Shown: positions 47,466-56,821 of the stretch, in pieces
Numbering within the stretch: position 1 is the first letter of the stretch
How the letters are laid out: the number at the start of each line of letters is the position of its first letter
From: an uncultured Candidatus Saccharibacteria bacterium
Lineage (GTDB): Bacteria; Patescibacteriota; Minisyncoccia; 2-02-FULL-40-12; GWA2-44-9
Direction of reading: 5' to 3'
Assembly (NCBI GenBank): GCA_964488565.1
Contig: CAZAUE010000002.1
Location: forward strand, 40,048 to 104,047
Length of the DNA: 64,000 nt
The notes under the pieces: model-generated
Database searches by the model: none
What the model was told of the DNA's origin: nothing
What the model saw: the letters and a program-made list of their open reading frames with translations, nothing else
Translations under genes and position numbers: made by a program

Positions 47466-48029
47466 ATGGGATACGAATCAGAAGAAAAAAAAGAGTCGTT
47501 AAATCCAGAAAATAAACAAAACAGGCTGGACCGGATCTGGGAACAACAAGAGGGGCTTGAGCCAGGTAGCGCTAATCAGTCAAAGCAGGAAAGACTGGAA
47601 CGAATCTTGGAACAACAAGAACAGCTCGAATCAGACAGGGCTGTTTATCAAAACGAGCAAGAAAGAGAAAGTGCGGAAGCAAAAAATCAATCTCCACAAG
47701 CACAACCATACAAAATGGGGGCTGGGTCTTATGTCCTTATACTCTTTGCTCTTTTCGTTGATATAATTGAAATAATAACAACCTACACAGGGGTTGGTGC
47801 TATAATTTCTATCCCACTGGGTCTTCTTGTGGATGTTATAATATTTTTAGGGGTTGGCATGTCCAAAGATGCTCGAAAACAGTGGAAACGATTTGCTGTT
47901 GGGTTTGTTGGAGAAAATTTCCCCATACTTGCCTCAGTTCTTGAATTCATACCATTCCGAACACTTTCTTTAATCTGGATGTATCGAGGCATGAGTAGTC
48001 CTCAACAAGAAGATCCTGGGGTAAACTAA
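47466..48029 (+). CDS. Hypothetical membrane protein with charged N-terminal repeat
   Basis: KQNRLDRIWEQQEGLE / KQERLERILEQQEQLE, then TM segments. Confidence 0.7.
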   Translation: MGYESEEKKESLNPENKQNRLDRIWEQQEGLEPGSANQSKQERLERILEQQEQLESDRAVYQNEQERESAEAKNQSPQAQPYKMGAGSYVLILFALFVDIIEIITTYTGVGAIISIPLGLLVDVIIFLGVGMSKDARKQWKRFAVGFVGENFPILASVLEFIPFRTLSLIWMYRGMSSPQQEDPGVN

Positions 48030-48030
48030 T

Positions 48031-49104
48031 ATGAATAGGAAATTTTTAATCTTTTTAACGGTTATTTCTTTATCTTTTACGGCTTTTTTATCCGGATATT
48101 TAGTAAGCCAAAAAGATTTTCATAGAAACCCTGATTCAATCCCTACCGGAAACATCCTTGATAAATTTAACGGTGTTAGCTCGGAATCAAATTCGCAAAT
48201 AAATTCATCTAACACACCAAAACTCCTAGGCCCAAGAAATGTAATATCTCCAATCCTCTCCAAAGAAAAAGATGGTATTATTTACTACGAAAAAGGCACG
48301 GGCAAGGTTTTTGAAATCACACCAAAAAACCTAAGAGAGAAGCCTGTTTCTGATATTTTTTTAGAAAATCTAGTTAAAACAATATGGGCACCATCGAGAA
48401 AAGAGGTTGTATCTGTTTTTTACTACCCGAAAGGAAATAGTTACAAATACTTTAATTACAAAACAAAATCTTCTGTTGATCTTGGGACAGATATTGAATC
48501 TTTGGTTTTCTCTCCTGATGGAAGTCAGATAGCTTATTTCGGAACAAAAAATGATTCCCGTGGTGTTTTTATTTCCCAACCTGACGGCAGTGCCTTAAAA
48601 CAAATACTCTCAAGTCGCTTGGAGGACGTGGAAGTTTATTGGCCTTCAAGTGAACTTCTCTCTTTTAAAACAACTTCGACTAATGGTTCTGAATTATATA
48701 GTCTATCCAAAGTAGGGGAGGTTAAAAAGATATTAGGCATAAAAGACGGTCTGGATATTAAATGGTCCGAAGACGGTTCGCGAATGTTGTTTTCTCAGAA
48801 AACAGAATCTGGCACTAGTTTGTTTTATAAAGATATCAACTCTGAAAAAGAGACTGGCCTGGGGATATCAACTCGAGCATCAAAATGTGATTGGGGCATG
48901 AGTGGAGAGACTGTGGTTTGTGGAGTTTCCAGAGCATCTATGTCTGGCGATGAAATATATGAAATTAATATAAATGGGGCAATAAAACTTATTTCCTCAC
49001 CAACCACAAAAATAAACACCTCAGAACTCTTTCTTTCTGGATTAGATAGTCACATTATTATTTTTAATAGTTTAGACAACAGATTGTACGTAATTAATAA
49101 ATAA
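48031..49104 (+). CDS. Membrane-anchored TolB-like beta-propeller protein
   Basis: N-terminal TM; WAPS, FSPDGSQIAY, WSEDGSR blades. Confidence 0.75.
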   Translation: MNRKFLIFLTVISLSFTAFLSGYLVSQKDFHRNPDSIPTGNILDKFNGVSSESNSQINSSNTPKLLGPRNVISPILSKEKDGIIYYEKGTGKVFEITPKNLREKPVSDIFLENLVKTIWAPSRKEVVSVFYYPKGNSYKYFNYKTKSSVDLGTDIESLVFSPDGSQIAYFGTKNDSRGVFISQPDGSALKQILSSRLEDVEVYWPSSELLSFKTTSTNGSELYSLSKVGEVKKILGIKDGLDIKWSEDGSRMLFSQKTESGTSLFYKDINSEKETGLGISTRASKCDWGMSGETVVCGVSRASMSGDEIYEININGAIKLISSPTTKINTSELFLSGLDSHIIIFNSLDNRLYVINK

Positions 49105-49135
49105 CCCCGCAATTGCGGGGTTATTTATTAATTAC
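49090..49135. terminator. 46-bp perfect palindrome, probable bidirectional terminator
   Basis: gtaattaataaataaccccgcaattgcggggttatttattaattac between convergent genes. Confidence 0.75.
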
Positions 49136-49145
49136 TAGTTAGGGT

Positions 49146-49622
49146 CTATGGATAAGGCTTAATAACAATTCGTCTCTGTGGCTCATCTCCAATACTCTCT
49201 GTGGCCACATCAGGATAAGAAGCTAATTCCATGTGAACTATTCGTCTCTCATAAGCCGACATTGGAATAAGAACTTCTGCCTTCTGAGTATTTCTTACTC
49301 TGGTTACTGCCTGCTTGGCTGTATCTACAACAAATGATGCTCTGGATTTTTTGTAATCGTTAATGTCTATAATTATATTTTGTCCGTCATTATTTTTTAA
49401 AAGCATAGCTCTGACTAAGTGCTCAAAAGCTTTAAGATTCTGACCATTTTTACCAATAATAAACCTAACATTGTCAGGAGTATAAACAGAGACCACCACA
49501 GCCTTTGATTCAGGACCATTTTCTTCTCGTATTTCTACCTGGCAATCAAGGTTCATAAAACCAATAATCTTTTTGATTGTTGTAACTACTTTTTCTTTGT
49601 TTTGTTCGATTATATTATCCAC
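49146..49622 (-). CDS. jag: Jag/KhpB RNA-binding protein (KH plus R3H, no Jag_N domain)
   Basis: IIGKNGQNL, PMSAYERRIVH, ESIGDEPQRR; follows yidC. Confidence 0.88.
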   Translation of the reverse strand: MDNIIEQNKEKVVTTIKKIIGFMNLDCQVEIREENGPESKAVVVSVYTPDNVRFIIGKNGQNLKAFEHLVRAMLLKNNDGQNIIIDINDYKKSRASFVVDTAKQAVTRVRNTQKAEVLIPMSAYERRIVHMELASYPDVATESIGDEPQRRIVIKPYP

Positions 49623-50307
49623 AATATTTAATATATACCTGCTCTAGAATTGAAAAGACTGTAGTTGTTATCCAGTATAATACCAGACCTGCGGGTAAAT
49701 TCCAACCAATAATTATTATCATAACGGGGAAAAAATACAACATCTGACTATTCAAGGCTTTCATTTCTTTACTGACTCCTGCGCCTTGGTTTTGCGCTTT
49801 AGACACCCATGCTTGAGCAAACTGAGCCGCTCCAGCAATTATTGCCAAAAGAGGTATCTTGGAGGTTATGTTCATAAAACCAAAAGACATTTCGTTTATT
49901 GTTCCAGGATTAAGCACAAACGCATAAAGCATGCTTAGGTTTTCTGGTTTTAATCCAGCTATAAAAGCTTGGTACAGAGCAATCAAAATTGGTAGTTGAA
50001 TTAAAAGAGGAAGGCATCCTGCAAGGGGATTAACATTATGGTCTTTATACAATTTCATAATCTCAGCCGACTGAGCGGAAGAATCACCCTTGAGTCTCTG
50101 TTTTATCTCCTGCATCTTAGGGTTTAATTGATTTAGCTCTTTTTGAGACCTAACGGTTTTAATAGACAGAGGAAAGAAGAGTACTCTTATTACAGCCGTA
50201 AGAGCAATTATGGCTAACCCAAAATCATTCCCTGGCAAAACATTGTAAAGAAAAACAACGGCGTTAAATAATGGGCGGTATAAAATTTCAGTATATAGTG
50301 TCATCAT
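49615..50307 (-). CDS. yidC: Membrane protein insertase YidC
   Basis: VNPLAGCLPLLIQLPI, PAGLVLYW. Confidence 0.95.
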   Translation of the reverse strand: MMTLYTEILYRPLFNAVVFLYNVLPGNDFGLAIIALTAVIRVLFFPLSIKTVRSQKELNQLNPKMQEIKQRLKGDSSAQSAEIMKLYKDHNVNPLAGCLPLLIQLPILIALYQAFIAGLKPENLSMLYAFVLNPGTINEMSFGFMNITSKIPLLAIIAGAAQFAQAWVSKAQNQGAGVSKEMKALNSQMLYFFPVMIIIIGWNLPAGLVLYWITTTVFSILEQVYIKYCG

Positions 50308-50327
50308 AATATTATAACTGGCAGTGA

Positions 50328-50558
50328 TTACGCTTCGTCTATGCCTGCTTTAGACAAAGGATTACATCTTAAAACTCTACCCACGGCTTTTATTGTCCCT
50401 CTTGTGGCTCCATATTTAGAAACCGCATCAAGAGCATAATCGGAACAGGTTGGATAAAACCTACAAGAAGAATTAAATGATCCGAAAGGACTACTGGCCC
50501 AAAAAGGGGATATTGCCCCTTTATAAAACTTAATTAATTTAATTATTATTATTTTCAT
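50328..50558 (-). CDS. yidD: Membrane protein insertion efficiency factor YidD
   Basis: CRFYPTCSDY, RVLRCNP. Confidence 0.93.
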   Translation of the reverse strand: MKIIIIKLIKFYKGAISPFWASSPFGSFNSSCRFYPTCSDYALDAVSKYGATRGTIKAVGRVLRCNPLSKAGIDEA

Positions 50559-50887
50559 TTAATTTTCTTAATAACCTCCAAAAAATCATCGACCAGATCC
50601 TTCTTGTCCGCAATGATTGTTTTCTTGGTTGCAAATACAATAATGTCGTGACCTTCTAAATTTTTAATCCTACCTCTTGCTGCTTCGGAAATAATTCTCC
50701 TTATCTTATTTCTTTCAACTGCTTTCTTTGCAATTTTAGCCGATACAACAAACCCGAAACGGGGGATACCTAATTCGTTTGTTCTGTGTTTTATAAACAA
50801 AAAGCTGCCATTAACAGCTTTCCCTTTTTTAAAAACGTCCTCGAAGTCTCGTTTTTTCTTAAGCCTGTTTTTTATATTCAAAGCCAT
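50555..50887 (-). CDS. rnpA: RNase P protein component
   Basis: RLKKKRDF, RFGFVVS, KKAVERNKIRR; ATG at 50887. Confidence 0.93.
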   Translation of the reverse strand: MALNIKNRLKKKRDFEDVFKKGKAVNGSFLFIKHRTNELGIPRFGFVVSAKIAKKAVERNKIRRIISEAARGRIKNLEGHDIIVFATKKTIIADKKDLVDDFLEVIKKIK

Positions 50888-50990
50888 GCGATAATTGTCC
50901 GCGAACACAGTGAGTGGTTACAATTATCAGCACCCGCCTTAGGCGGGTAACTTTTTGTTTCCAATCGCTAAGCTCTTGGACAAAAAGTTA
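50885..50990 (-). repeat. Three-hairpin stop-to-start intercistronic element, copy B
   Basis: Homologous to 20019-20123; shares TTACCCGCCTAAGGCGGGTG. Confidence 0.8.
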
Positions 50991-51125
50991 GACAGCTAAA
51001 CTCTTCCTGCCTTTTCTCCTTCGCCTGGTCAAAACATTCCTTCCAGACTTAGTTTGCATCCTTCCCAGAAAGCCATGTTTTACTTTCCTTTTCTTCTTTT
51101 TTGGTCTAAATAAAGTAGATTTCAT
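50988..51125 (-). CDS. rpmH: 50S ribosomal protein L34
   Basis: [27 protein letters not shown]; ATG at 51125. Confidence 0.95.
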   Translation of the reverse strand: MKSTLFRPKKKKRKVKHGFLGRMQTKSGRNVLTRRRRKGRKSLAV

Positions 51126-51160
51126 AAGTTTTAGTATACTTTTTATTTCTTGGAGGGTCA

Positions 51161-51284
51161 ACCCCGCCGTTGAAGAGCAGAATTTATAATTATTAACCAA
51201 TTAACCCTAAAATCTCCATTGATTAACTATTTTTTAAAATAAAAAATTTAATTTTATGATTACACTGCTTTTCAACGGCGGGGT
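51161..51284. repeat. 20-bp inverted repeat around an AT-rich core
   Basis: accccgccgttgaagagcag / ctgcttttcaacggcggggt (1 mismatch). Confidence 0.75.
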
Positions 51285-51375
51285 CAATATTGTTTTAATA
51301 TTTTCCACTTGTTATACACAATATATCAACTAATTTCTTGTCCCGCTAAATTTTTAACAAGGTATAATAAAACGT

Positions 51376-52749
51376 ATGACCAACGAAGAACTATGGAAAG
51401 CGGTGTTAGGAGAAATGGAATTGTCTTTAACCAAGGCAAATTTTACTACTTGGTTTAGGAACACCACTATTTTATCTAAAGATAAAAACGCTGTCGTTGT
51501 AAGTGTGCCTAATGGTTTTATTAAAGAATGGCTTGAAAACAAATTTAACAAAAGAATTCTTCAGTCTATTAGAAACCAGACCCCTGAAATAAGAGAGATA
51601 AAATATCTCATCGGCCGACCCAAAATAGAGCTTGCAAAACAAGACCTATCAAAAATGAATCTCGATACTGAGATAGACGAGAAAGCCGAATCGGATCTTG
51701 ATAAGGATCTAGATAAGACAACCAACCTAAACAGGAAATATACATTTGATTCTTTTGTTGTAGGTTCAAATAATGAGCTGGCTCATGCTGCTGCTTCGGC
51801 TGTAACCAAAAATCTTGGACGACTTTATAATCCACTATTCCTTTATGGTGGTGTTGGGTTAGGCAAAACCCACCTCCTTCAGTCTATTGGCAATAAGATA
51901 GCCGCGGAAAATAGGGATAAGAAAATATATTACATTCCCGCAGAAAGATTTACTGCTGAAATTGTGGAGGCAATCAGAAACAAAAACATAGAAGAGTTAA
52001 AAAATCAGTATTCAAAACTAGACCTACTCATGATTGATGATGTTCAGTTTATCGCCGGCAAAGAAAAGACTCAGGACATATTCTTTTCAACGTTCAATGA
52101 ACTCTATAGCCGAAACAAGCAAATAATTCTTTCCTCGGATCGACCTCCTCAAACAATTCCCGCACTTGAAGAACGTTTACGTTCACGCTTTCAAGGTGGC
52201 ATGGTCGCTGATGTTGGTCTGCCTGATTTTGAAACTAGGTTAGCTATCTTGAAATTAAAAGCTGCTGAAAGAAATTATGATCTTAATTTAGAGGTCCTCA
52301 CTTATATAGCTACTCACATCCAGAAAAATGTCAGAGAGCTTGAAGGAGCCTTAAACAGGGTAGTGGCTTTTGGTCAAATCTATAATAGAGTTCCCGATAT
52401 AAAAGAAGTAAAAAACATTCTAAACACCTACCTAAGCACTCCTTATAGAAAAACTTCTCCTCAGGTAATTCTTAAGTCGGTTGCCGATTTTTATAGTATT
52501 TCTTTGGCTGATTTAGTAAAAAGAAGTCGAAAGAAAGAAATTGTTAGACCTAGACAAATAGCCATGTTTTTACTTAGAGAGGAGACTAAATTATCCTTCC
52601 CTGAAATAGGTCAAAAATTAGGTGGGCGTGACCATTCAACTGTTATCCATGCTTGTGAGAAAATTAAAAACGAAGTTTCAGTAGATGAACCATTAAAACA
52701 AGAATTAATTTTGATAAAAGAACGTGTTTATAATTCGTTTGATAAGTAG
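51376..52749 (+). CDS. dnaA: Chromosomal replication initiator DnaA
   Basis: YNPLFLYGGVGLGKTHL, DDVQF, NVRELEGAL, GGRDHSTV. Confidence 0.98.
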   Translation: MTNEELWKAVLGEMELSLTKANFTTWFRNTTILSKDKNAVVVSVPNGFIKEWLENKFNKRILQSIRNQTPEIREIKYLIGRPKIELAKQDLSKMNLDTEIDEKAESDLDKDLDKTTNLNRKYTFDSFVVGSNNELAHAAASAVTKNLGRLYNPLFLYGGVGLGKTHLLQSIGNKIAAENRDKKIYYIPAERFTAEIVEAIRNKNIEELKNQYSKLDLLMIDDVQFIAGKEKTQDIFFSTFNELYSRNKQIILSSDRPPQTIPALEERLRSRFQGGMVADVGLPDFETRLAILKLKAAERNYDLNLEVLTYIATHIQKNVRELEGALNRVVAFGQIYNRVPDIKEVKNILNTYLSTPYRKTSPQVILKSVADFYSISLADLVKRSRKKEIVRPRQIAMFLLREETKLSFPEIGQKLGGRDHSTVIHACEKIKNEVSVDEPLKQELILIKERVYNSFDK

Positions 52750-52752
52750 TGA

Positions 52753-53022
52753 GGTCAGGTAATTAACATATTTAACAATCTTAGCGGAGCGGATTTTAGC
52801 CAAATCCGAGACGCGAGGATGAAGCTGTAGTTTATTCTACTGCGAGTCCGAGTAACGAAGGATTTGGTCTAAAATCAGCCCGCCCTCAGAGGGAAGCAAT
52901 GAATAGACCGATTTCTTTATCACTCCTCCTTGTCATAGAACAATCTATGTCTTCGTCGTCGTTTCTTGAACTCGGTCTATTCATTAGTTTCTAATGTTGT
53001 TAAATATGTTAATTACCTGACC
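52753..53022. mobile_element. 270-bp MITE-like element with 26-bp perfect terminal inverted repeats
   Basis: ggtcaggtaattaacatatttaacaa 52753-52778 / reverse complement 52997-53022; nested internal hairpins. Confidence 0.65.
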
Positions 53023-53244
53023 ACAAACTTGTTGATAAATTTGGAAATAAAAAGTTATCATTTATATATCCAGATGTAATTAGTACTTTATTAACATTTA
53101 AACAAAACAAAATTTAACCAATTTAGTTAATGATTACGTGATAAAAGTAATATCATCCACAAAGTTTTCAACATTTCCACAGCCCTAATAATAGTAATAA
53201 TATTTTAATCTAATAGTTATAAGAAGAGATCCACTATCCACTTT
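53023..53244. promoter_or_regulatory. Probable oriC (DnaA boxes plus DnaA-trio unwinding element)
   Basis: Between dnaA and dnaN; tcatccaca 53153, ttttcaaca 53165, tttccacag 53174, then ccc and taataatagtaataata. Confidence 0.75.
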
Positions 53245-54336
53245 ATGAAAATAACAGTTAATCAAAAAAATCTTAAGAAAGCATTAAGTCTGGTTGAGAA
53301 GGTTGTTTCTAAAAATTCATCTCTTCCGATTTTAAATAACATTCTTCTTAAAACTGAAAATGGGCGTCTTAAAATTTCAGCCACAAATCTTGAGATAGGA
53401 ATTAATTATATTATTGGCGCTAAAATTGAAGAGGTAGGTCAGATAGCCGTACCCGCAAGAATTATTTCAGATTTTATAGGAAATATAATGGACGACAAAG
53501 TTTCCTTAACAACAAAGAATAATATTTTAAGCATAAATTCCGACAGGTATAAGACTCAAATTCTTGGTTTTGATGCTAAAGATTTTCCAATAATACCTAA
53601 AATAAAATCCCAACCCCTAGCTGCTATTCCGACTAAACTTCTTAAAAATTCACTTATGACAGTTTTAGATTCAGTAGCTGTATCAGAAACAAGACCAGAA
53701 CTAGCAGGAGTCTATATGAATTTTAATAACGACAAGATTGTATTTGCAGCCACTGATAGTTTTAGATTAACTGAAAAAAGTGTTGATTTTAAAAATGTTC
53801 AAAAACAATTTTTCATCATTCCAAGAAACACAGTCGTAGAATTAATAAGAATAGCAGGAGAGATAGAAGGGGATTTATCGTTTAATACTAGCGATAATCA
53901 AGTATCTTTCTTTAATGATGATTTTGAAATGGTATCAAGGATTGTAGATGGAAATTATCCTGATTATAAAAAAATAATTCCTGAAAAATCTGTATCTAGG
54001 GTATTGGTAAACAAAAACGAATTAGATAAAAACATACGCATAGCAGGTTTATTCTCAACAAACATATCCGATATAAAAATTAACTGTTCTGAAGGTAAGA
54101 TGGCTATTTTAGCCAAAAACTCAGACAAAGGAGAAATTGAGACTCTTGTTGAAGCATCTCTTAAGAATGAACCATTTGAAGTTTCTTTAAACTTCCACTA
54201 CCTTCTTGATGGTTTAAAAATATTAGATACAGAAAAAATTATTATAGAATTTACAGGACAAGGTAGTCCTTTGGTAATAAGACCTAATGATGACAAAAAA
54301 GATGTGGTCTATCTCATTATGCCCCTAAGAAGTTAA
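53245..54336 (+). CDS. dnaN: DNA polymerase III beta clamp
   Basis: ATNLEI, ATDSFRL, GNYPDY, LIMPLR. Confidence 0.97.
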   Translation: MKITVNQKNLKKALSLVEKVVSKNSSLPILNNILLKTENGRLKISATNLEIGINYIIGAKIEEVGQIAVPARIISDFIGNIMDDKVSLTTKNNILSINSDRYKTQILGFDAKDFPIIPKIKSQPLAAIPTKLLKNSLMTVLDSVAVSETRPELAGVYMNFNNDKIVFAATDSFRLTEKSVDFKNVQKQFFIIPRNTVVELIRIAGEIEGDLSFNTSDNQVSFFNDDFEMVSRIVDGNYPDYKKIIPEKSVSRVLVNKNELDKNIRIAGLFSTNISDIKINCSEGKMAILAKNSDKGEIETLVEASLKNEPFEVSLNFHYLLDGLKILDTEKIIIEFTGQGSPLVIRPNDDKKDVVYLIMPLRS

Positions 54337-54350
54337 CTGAATTACTAAAA

Positions 54351-54638
54351 ATGTTCAGATCAATAGGTGGAACTATAGACAGAAAGAAAAATAATTTAAT
54401 TAAAGCTGGAGAAAAAAGCTCAGATATTAGTTTGATTTTTAATAAGTTTTTGAATAAGTATTTTGCGGATTATAAAGATTTATTCGAATGGGAAGCTTCT
54501 TATAGTCCTAAAGATGGAAAAGTTATTATCAATACTGGCAGTAAACTAATAGCTGGAGAACTCAGTTTAAAAATTAAGGAGCTCTCACAGCTCCTTAAAG
54601 AGGCAAACCTAAAAGTTACTCAAATTGTTATTGTATAG
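54351..54638 (+). CDS. Possible DciA (DUF721)-like protein
   Basis: Follows dnaN; DGKVIINTGSKLIAGELSL resembles the DciA core. Confidence 0.45.
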   Translation: MFRSIGGTIDRKKNNLIKAGEKSSDISLIFNKFLNKYFADYKDLFEWEASYSPKDGKVIINTGSKLIAGELSLKIKELSQLLKEANLKVTQIVIV

Positions 54639-56757
54639 GAGGATTGTAAAAATTAGTTACAGGCCATTCCCAGTTTTTAAATTGAGGATCAGTGCTTGGA
54701 TTTAATGGGATTGGACCAAGAGGATTACTTCTGTCTACATAATAAAGAACTTCATGATATTCGGGGAACGAGCTACCTTCTCTCAGATAGGTGTAATTGC
54801 CGTCTAACATCACTTTGTTGACGATTACGGGGTCTGGGTTGGTGAATCTCTCATTTGGCATTGTACTTAACGCCTTAGCCATAAATTCATGCCACATTGG
54901 ACCTGATGCACTTATACCAGCTCCTTCTTTTGTCATGGATTCGTTTTTATTGTTTCCTGTCCAAACACCGGCAACAAGATTAGGAGAATAACCAACAACC
55001 CAAGCATCTCTATTTTCTTGAGTCGTTCCTGTTTTAGCAGCCACATCTCTTCCAGGGAAATATAAAGAGCTTGAATAGCCAAACACAGGAGCTCTTGCCA
55101 CATTATCTGAAAGCATGTTGCTAATAAGGCGGGCTATTTGAGAATCAATAACTCTTTCTTGCTCATTAGTTTTTTCCTCTAACACTTGGCCATTAGAAGA
55201 TTCAATTTTTTGAATAAAAGACCAAGGACTTCTCATTCCATCATTTGCAAAAACTCCGTAAGCAGAAACCAAATCAACTAGTTTTACTTCAGCACCTCCT
55301 AAAACAAGTGATAATCCAAAACGTGACTTGTCACCTAATGTTGTAATTCCCATATTTTCAGCAAGCGTTATTGTGTCATCTATTCCTGCCAAGTAAAGAG
55401 CTTTAACAGAAGGAACGTTTAAGGACTGCGAGAGTCCTTGTCGGAAAGTAACTGGGCCACGATATCGGCCGTCATAGTTTTGAGGATGATAACAATCTAA
55501 ACCATACTGATCTTTTGTTTGAGAACTATTGGGATTACAGTTAGGATTAAATTCTGTTTTAAGGTCAAAAACAACAGTGTCATCAGGATAGCCTTTTGCC
55601 AGCGCGGCAGCGTAAGCAAAAGGCTTGAAAGAAGATCCAGGTTGGCGATTAGCTATGGCAACATTAAAATTTCCTTCATCTTCAATATTAAAATAATCTT
55701 TTGAACCGACTAAAGCTAAAAGATCACCATTTCTTGGATTTATGGCCACCAAAGAAGCATTTACAGCTTTATATTTTTCCTTATTTATTGTGGCATATTT
55801 AGAAACAGCTTCTTCGGCAATTTTTTGAAGATTTGAATCAAGAGTTGTGATTATTTTAAAACCGCCGCTTTCAACAGCATCCTCTCCGTATTTAGAGCTC
55901 ATATATTCCTTGACCATGATTACGAAGTGAGGGGCTTGGATATCATCATCAACCGCTTTGAATTCTAGTTTTTGAGACAAAGCTTCCTGATACTCAGTTT
56001 CGTTTATGTAACCAAGATTTTTCATACTAGCTAGAACAGAATTTTTTACTCCCATAAGAGCATCGACGTGATTACCAAAGGGAGAATAGAATGATGGAGC
56101 TTTGGGTAGAGAAGCTAGGGTGGCGGCTTCAGCTAAGGTCAGACCATAAGCATTTTTACCAAAGAATTCTTTAGCAGCCGCCTCTATGCCATAAGCATTA
56201 GATCCATATGGAATTTGGTTTAAGTACATCCAAAAGATTTGATCTTTAGTAAACTTTCTTTCTATTTCAATTGCCAAGACAGCTTCTTTTATTTTTCTTG
56301 AAATGGTTCTCTCATCTCCAAGTAAAGCTTTTTTGACTAATTGTTGAGTAATAGTAGAACCTCCCTGAGAAACACCGAGATTAATAATGTCCTTAAAGAA
56401 CGCTCTTGCAATACCCTTGAGATCTAGTCCTTTGTGGTTATAAAAATCGCTATCTTCGGAAGCTAAAGTGGCTTTCTTGATGTTCTCGGGGATTTGCTCC
56501 CAAGGAATGATGGTTCGTTTTTCTTCGCCATGAATGTCATACAGGAGTATTTCGCCGGTATTATCATATATCTTTGTAGATTCGCCGACTTTTCTAGTTG
56601 CAATTGACTCTGGATCAGGCAGTGTTCTTTGGAGGTATAAAAAGAAGGAAAGAAGCATGATTGTTCCAATTACGAATAACCACAAAAAAAGCATTGCCAA
56701 TGCCTTGAAATTCTTAAATGTTCCTATTTTTCTGAACTTTCTTAGTAGATTAGTCAT
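54628..56757 (-). CDS. Class A penicillin-binding protein (PBP1A family)
   Basis: EDSDFYNH, GGSTITQQLVK, RKIKE, GSSFKP, SLN, KTGT. Confidence 0.95.
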   Translation of the reverse strand: MTNLLRKFRKIGTFKNFKALAMLFLWLFVIGTIMLLSFFLYLQRTLPDPESIATRKVGESTKIYDNTGEILLYDIHGEEKRTIIPWEQIPENIKKATLASEDSDFYNHKGLDLKGIARAFFKDIINLGVSQGGSTITQQLVKKALLGDERTISRKIKEAVLAIEIERKFTKDQIFWMYLNQIPYGSNAYGIEAAAKEFFGKNAYGLTLAEAATLASLPKAPSFYSPFGNHVDALMGVKNSVLASMKNLGYINETEYQEALSQKLEFKAVDDDIQAPHFVIMVKEYMSSKYGEDAVESGGFKIITTLDSNLQKIAEEAVSKYATINKEKYKAVNASLVAINPRNGDLLALVGSKDYFNIEDEGNFNVAIANRQPGSSFKPFAYAAALAKGYPDDTVVFDLKTEFNPNCNPNSSQTKDQYGLDCYHPQNYDGRYRGPVTFRQGLSQSLNVPSVKALYLAGIDDTITLAENMGITTLGDKSRFGLSLVLGGAEVKLVDLVSAYGVFANDGMRSPWSFIQKIESSNGQVLEEKTNEQERVIDSQIARLISNMLSDNVARAPVFGYSSSLYFPGRDVAAKTGTTQENRDAWVVGYSPNLVAGVWTGNNKNESMTKEGAGISASGPMWHEFMAKALSTMPNERFTNPDPVIVNKVMLDGNYTYLREGSSFPEYHEVLYYVDRSNPLGPIPLNPSTDPQFKNWEWPVTNFYNPPIQ

Positions 56758-56821
56758 GTGCGCTTGTGTTTAATTGTGCCACAAAAAAGTGACATTTACA
56801 AGGATTTAAATTAGCGATAAT

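Noticed and set aside
39205-49104. Prophage or conjugative ICE
   Set aside because: No integrase, relaxase, att repeats or phage genes, and the cluster is embedded among core genes
50988-51200. N-terminally extended rpmH; likewise long starts for yraN, pilT, rnpA and ruvB
   Set aside because: Downstream ATGs give family-typical lengths; the extensions run through repeats or neighbouring genes
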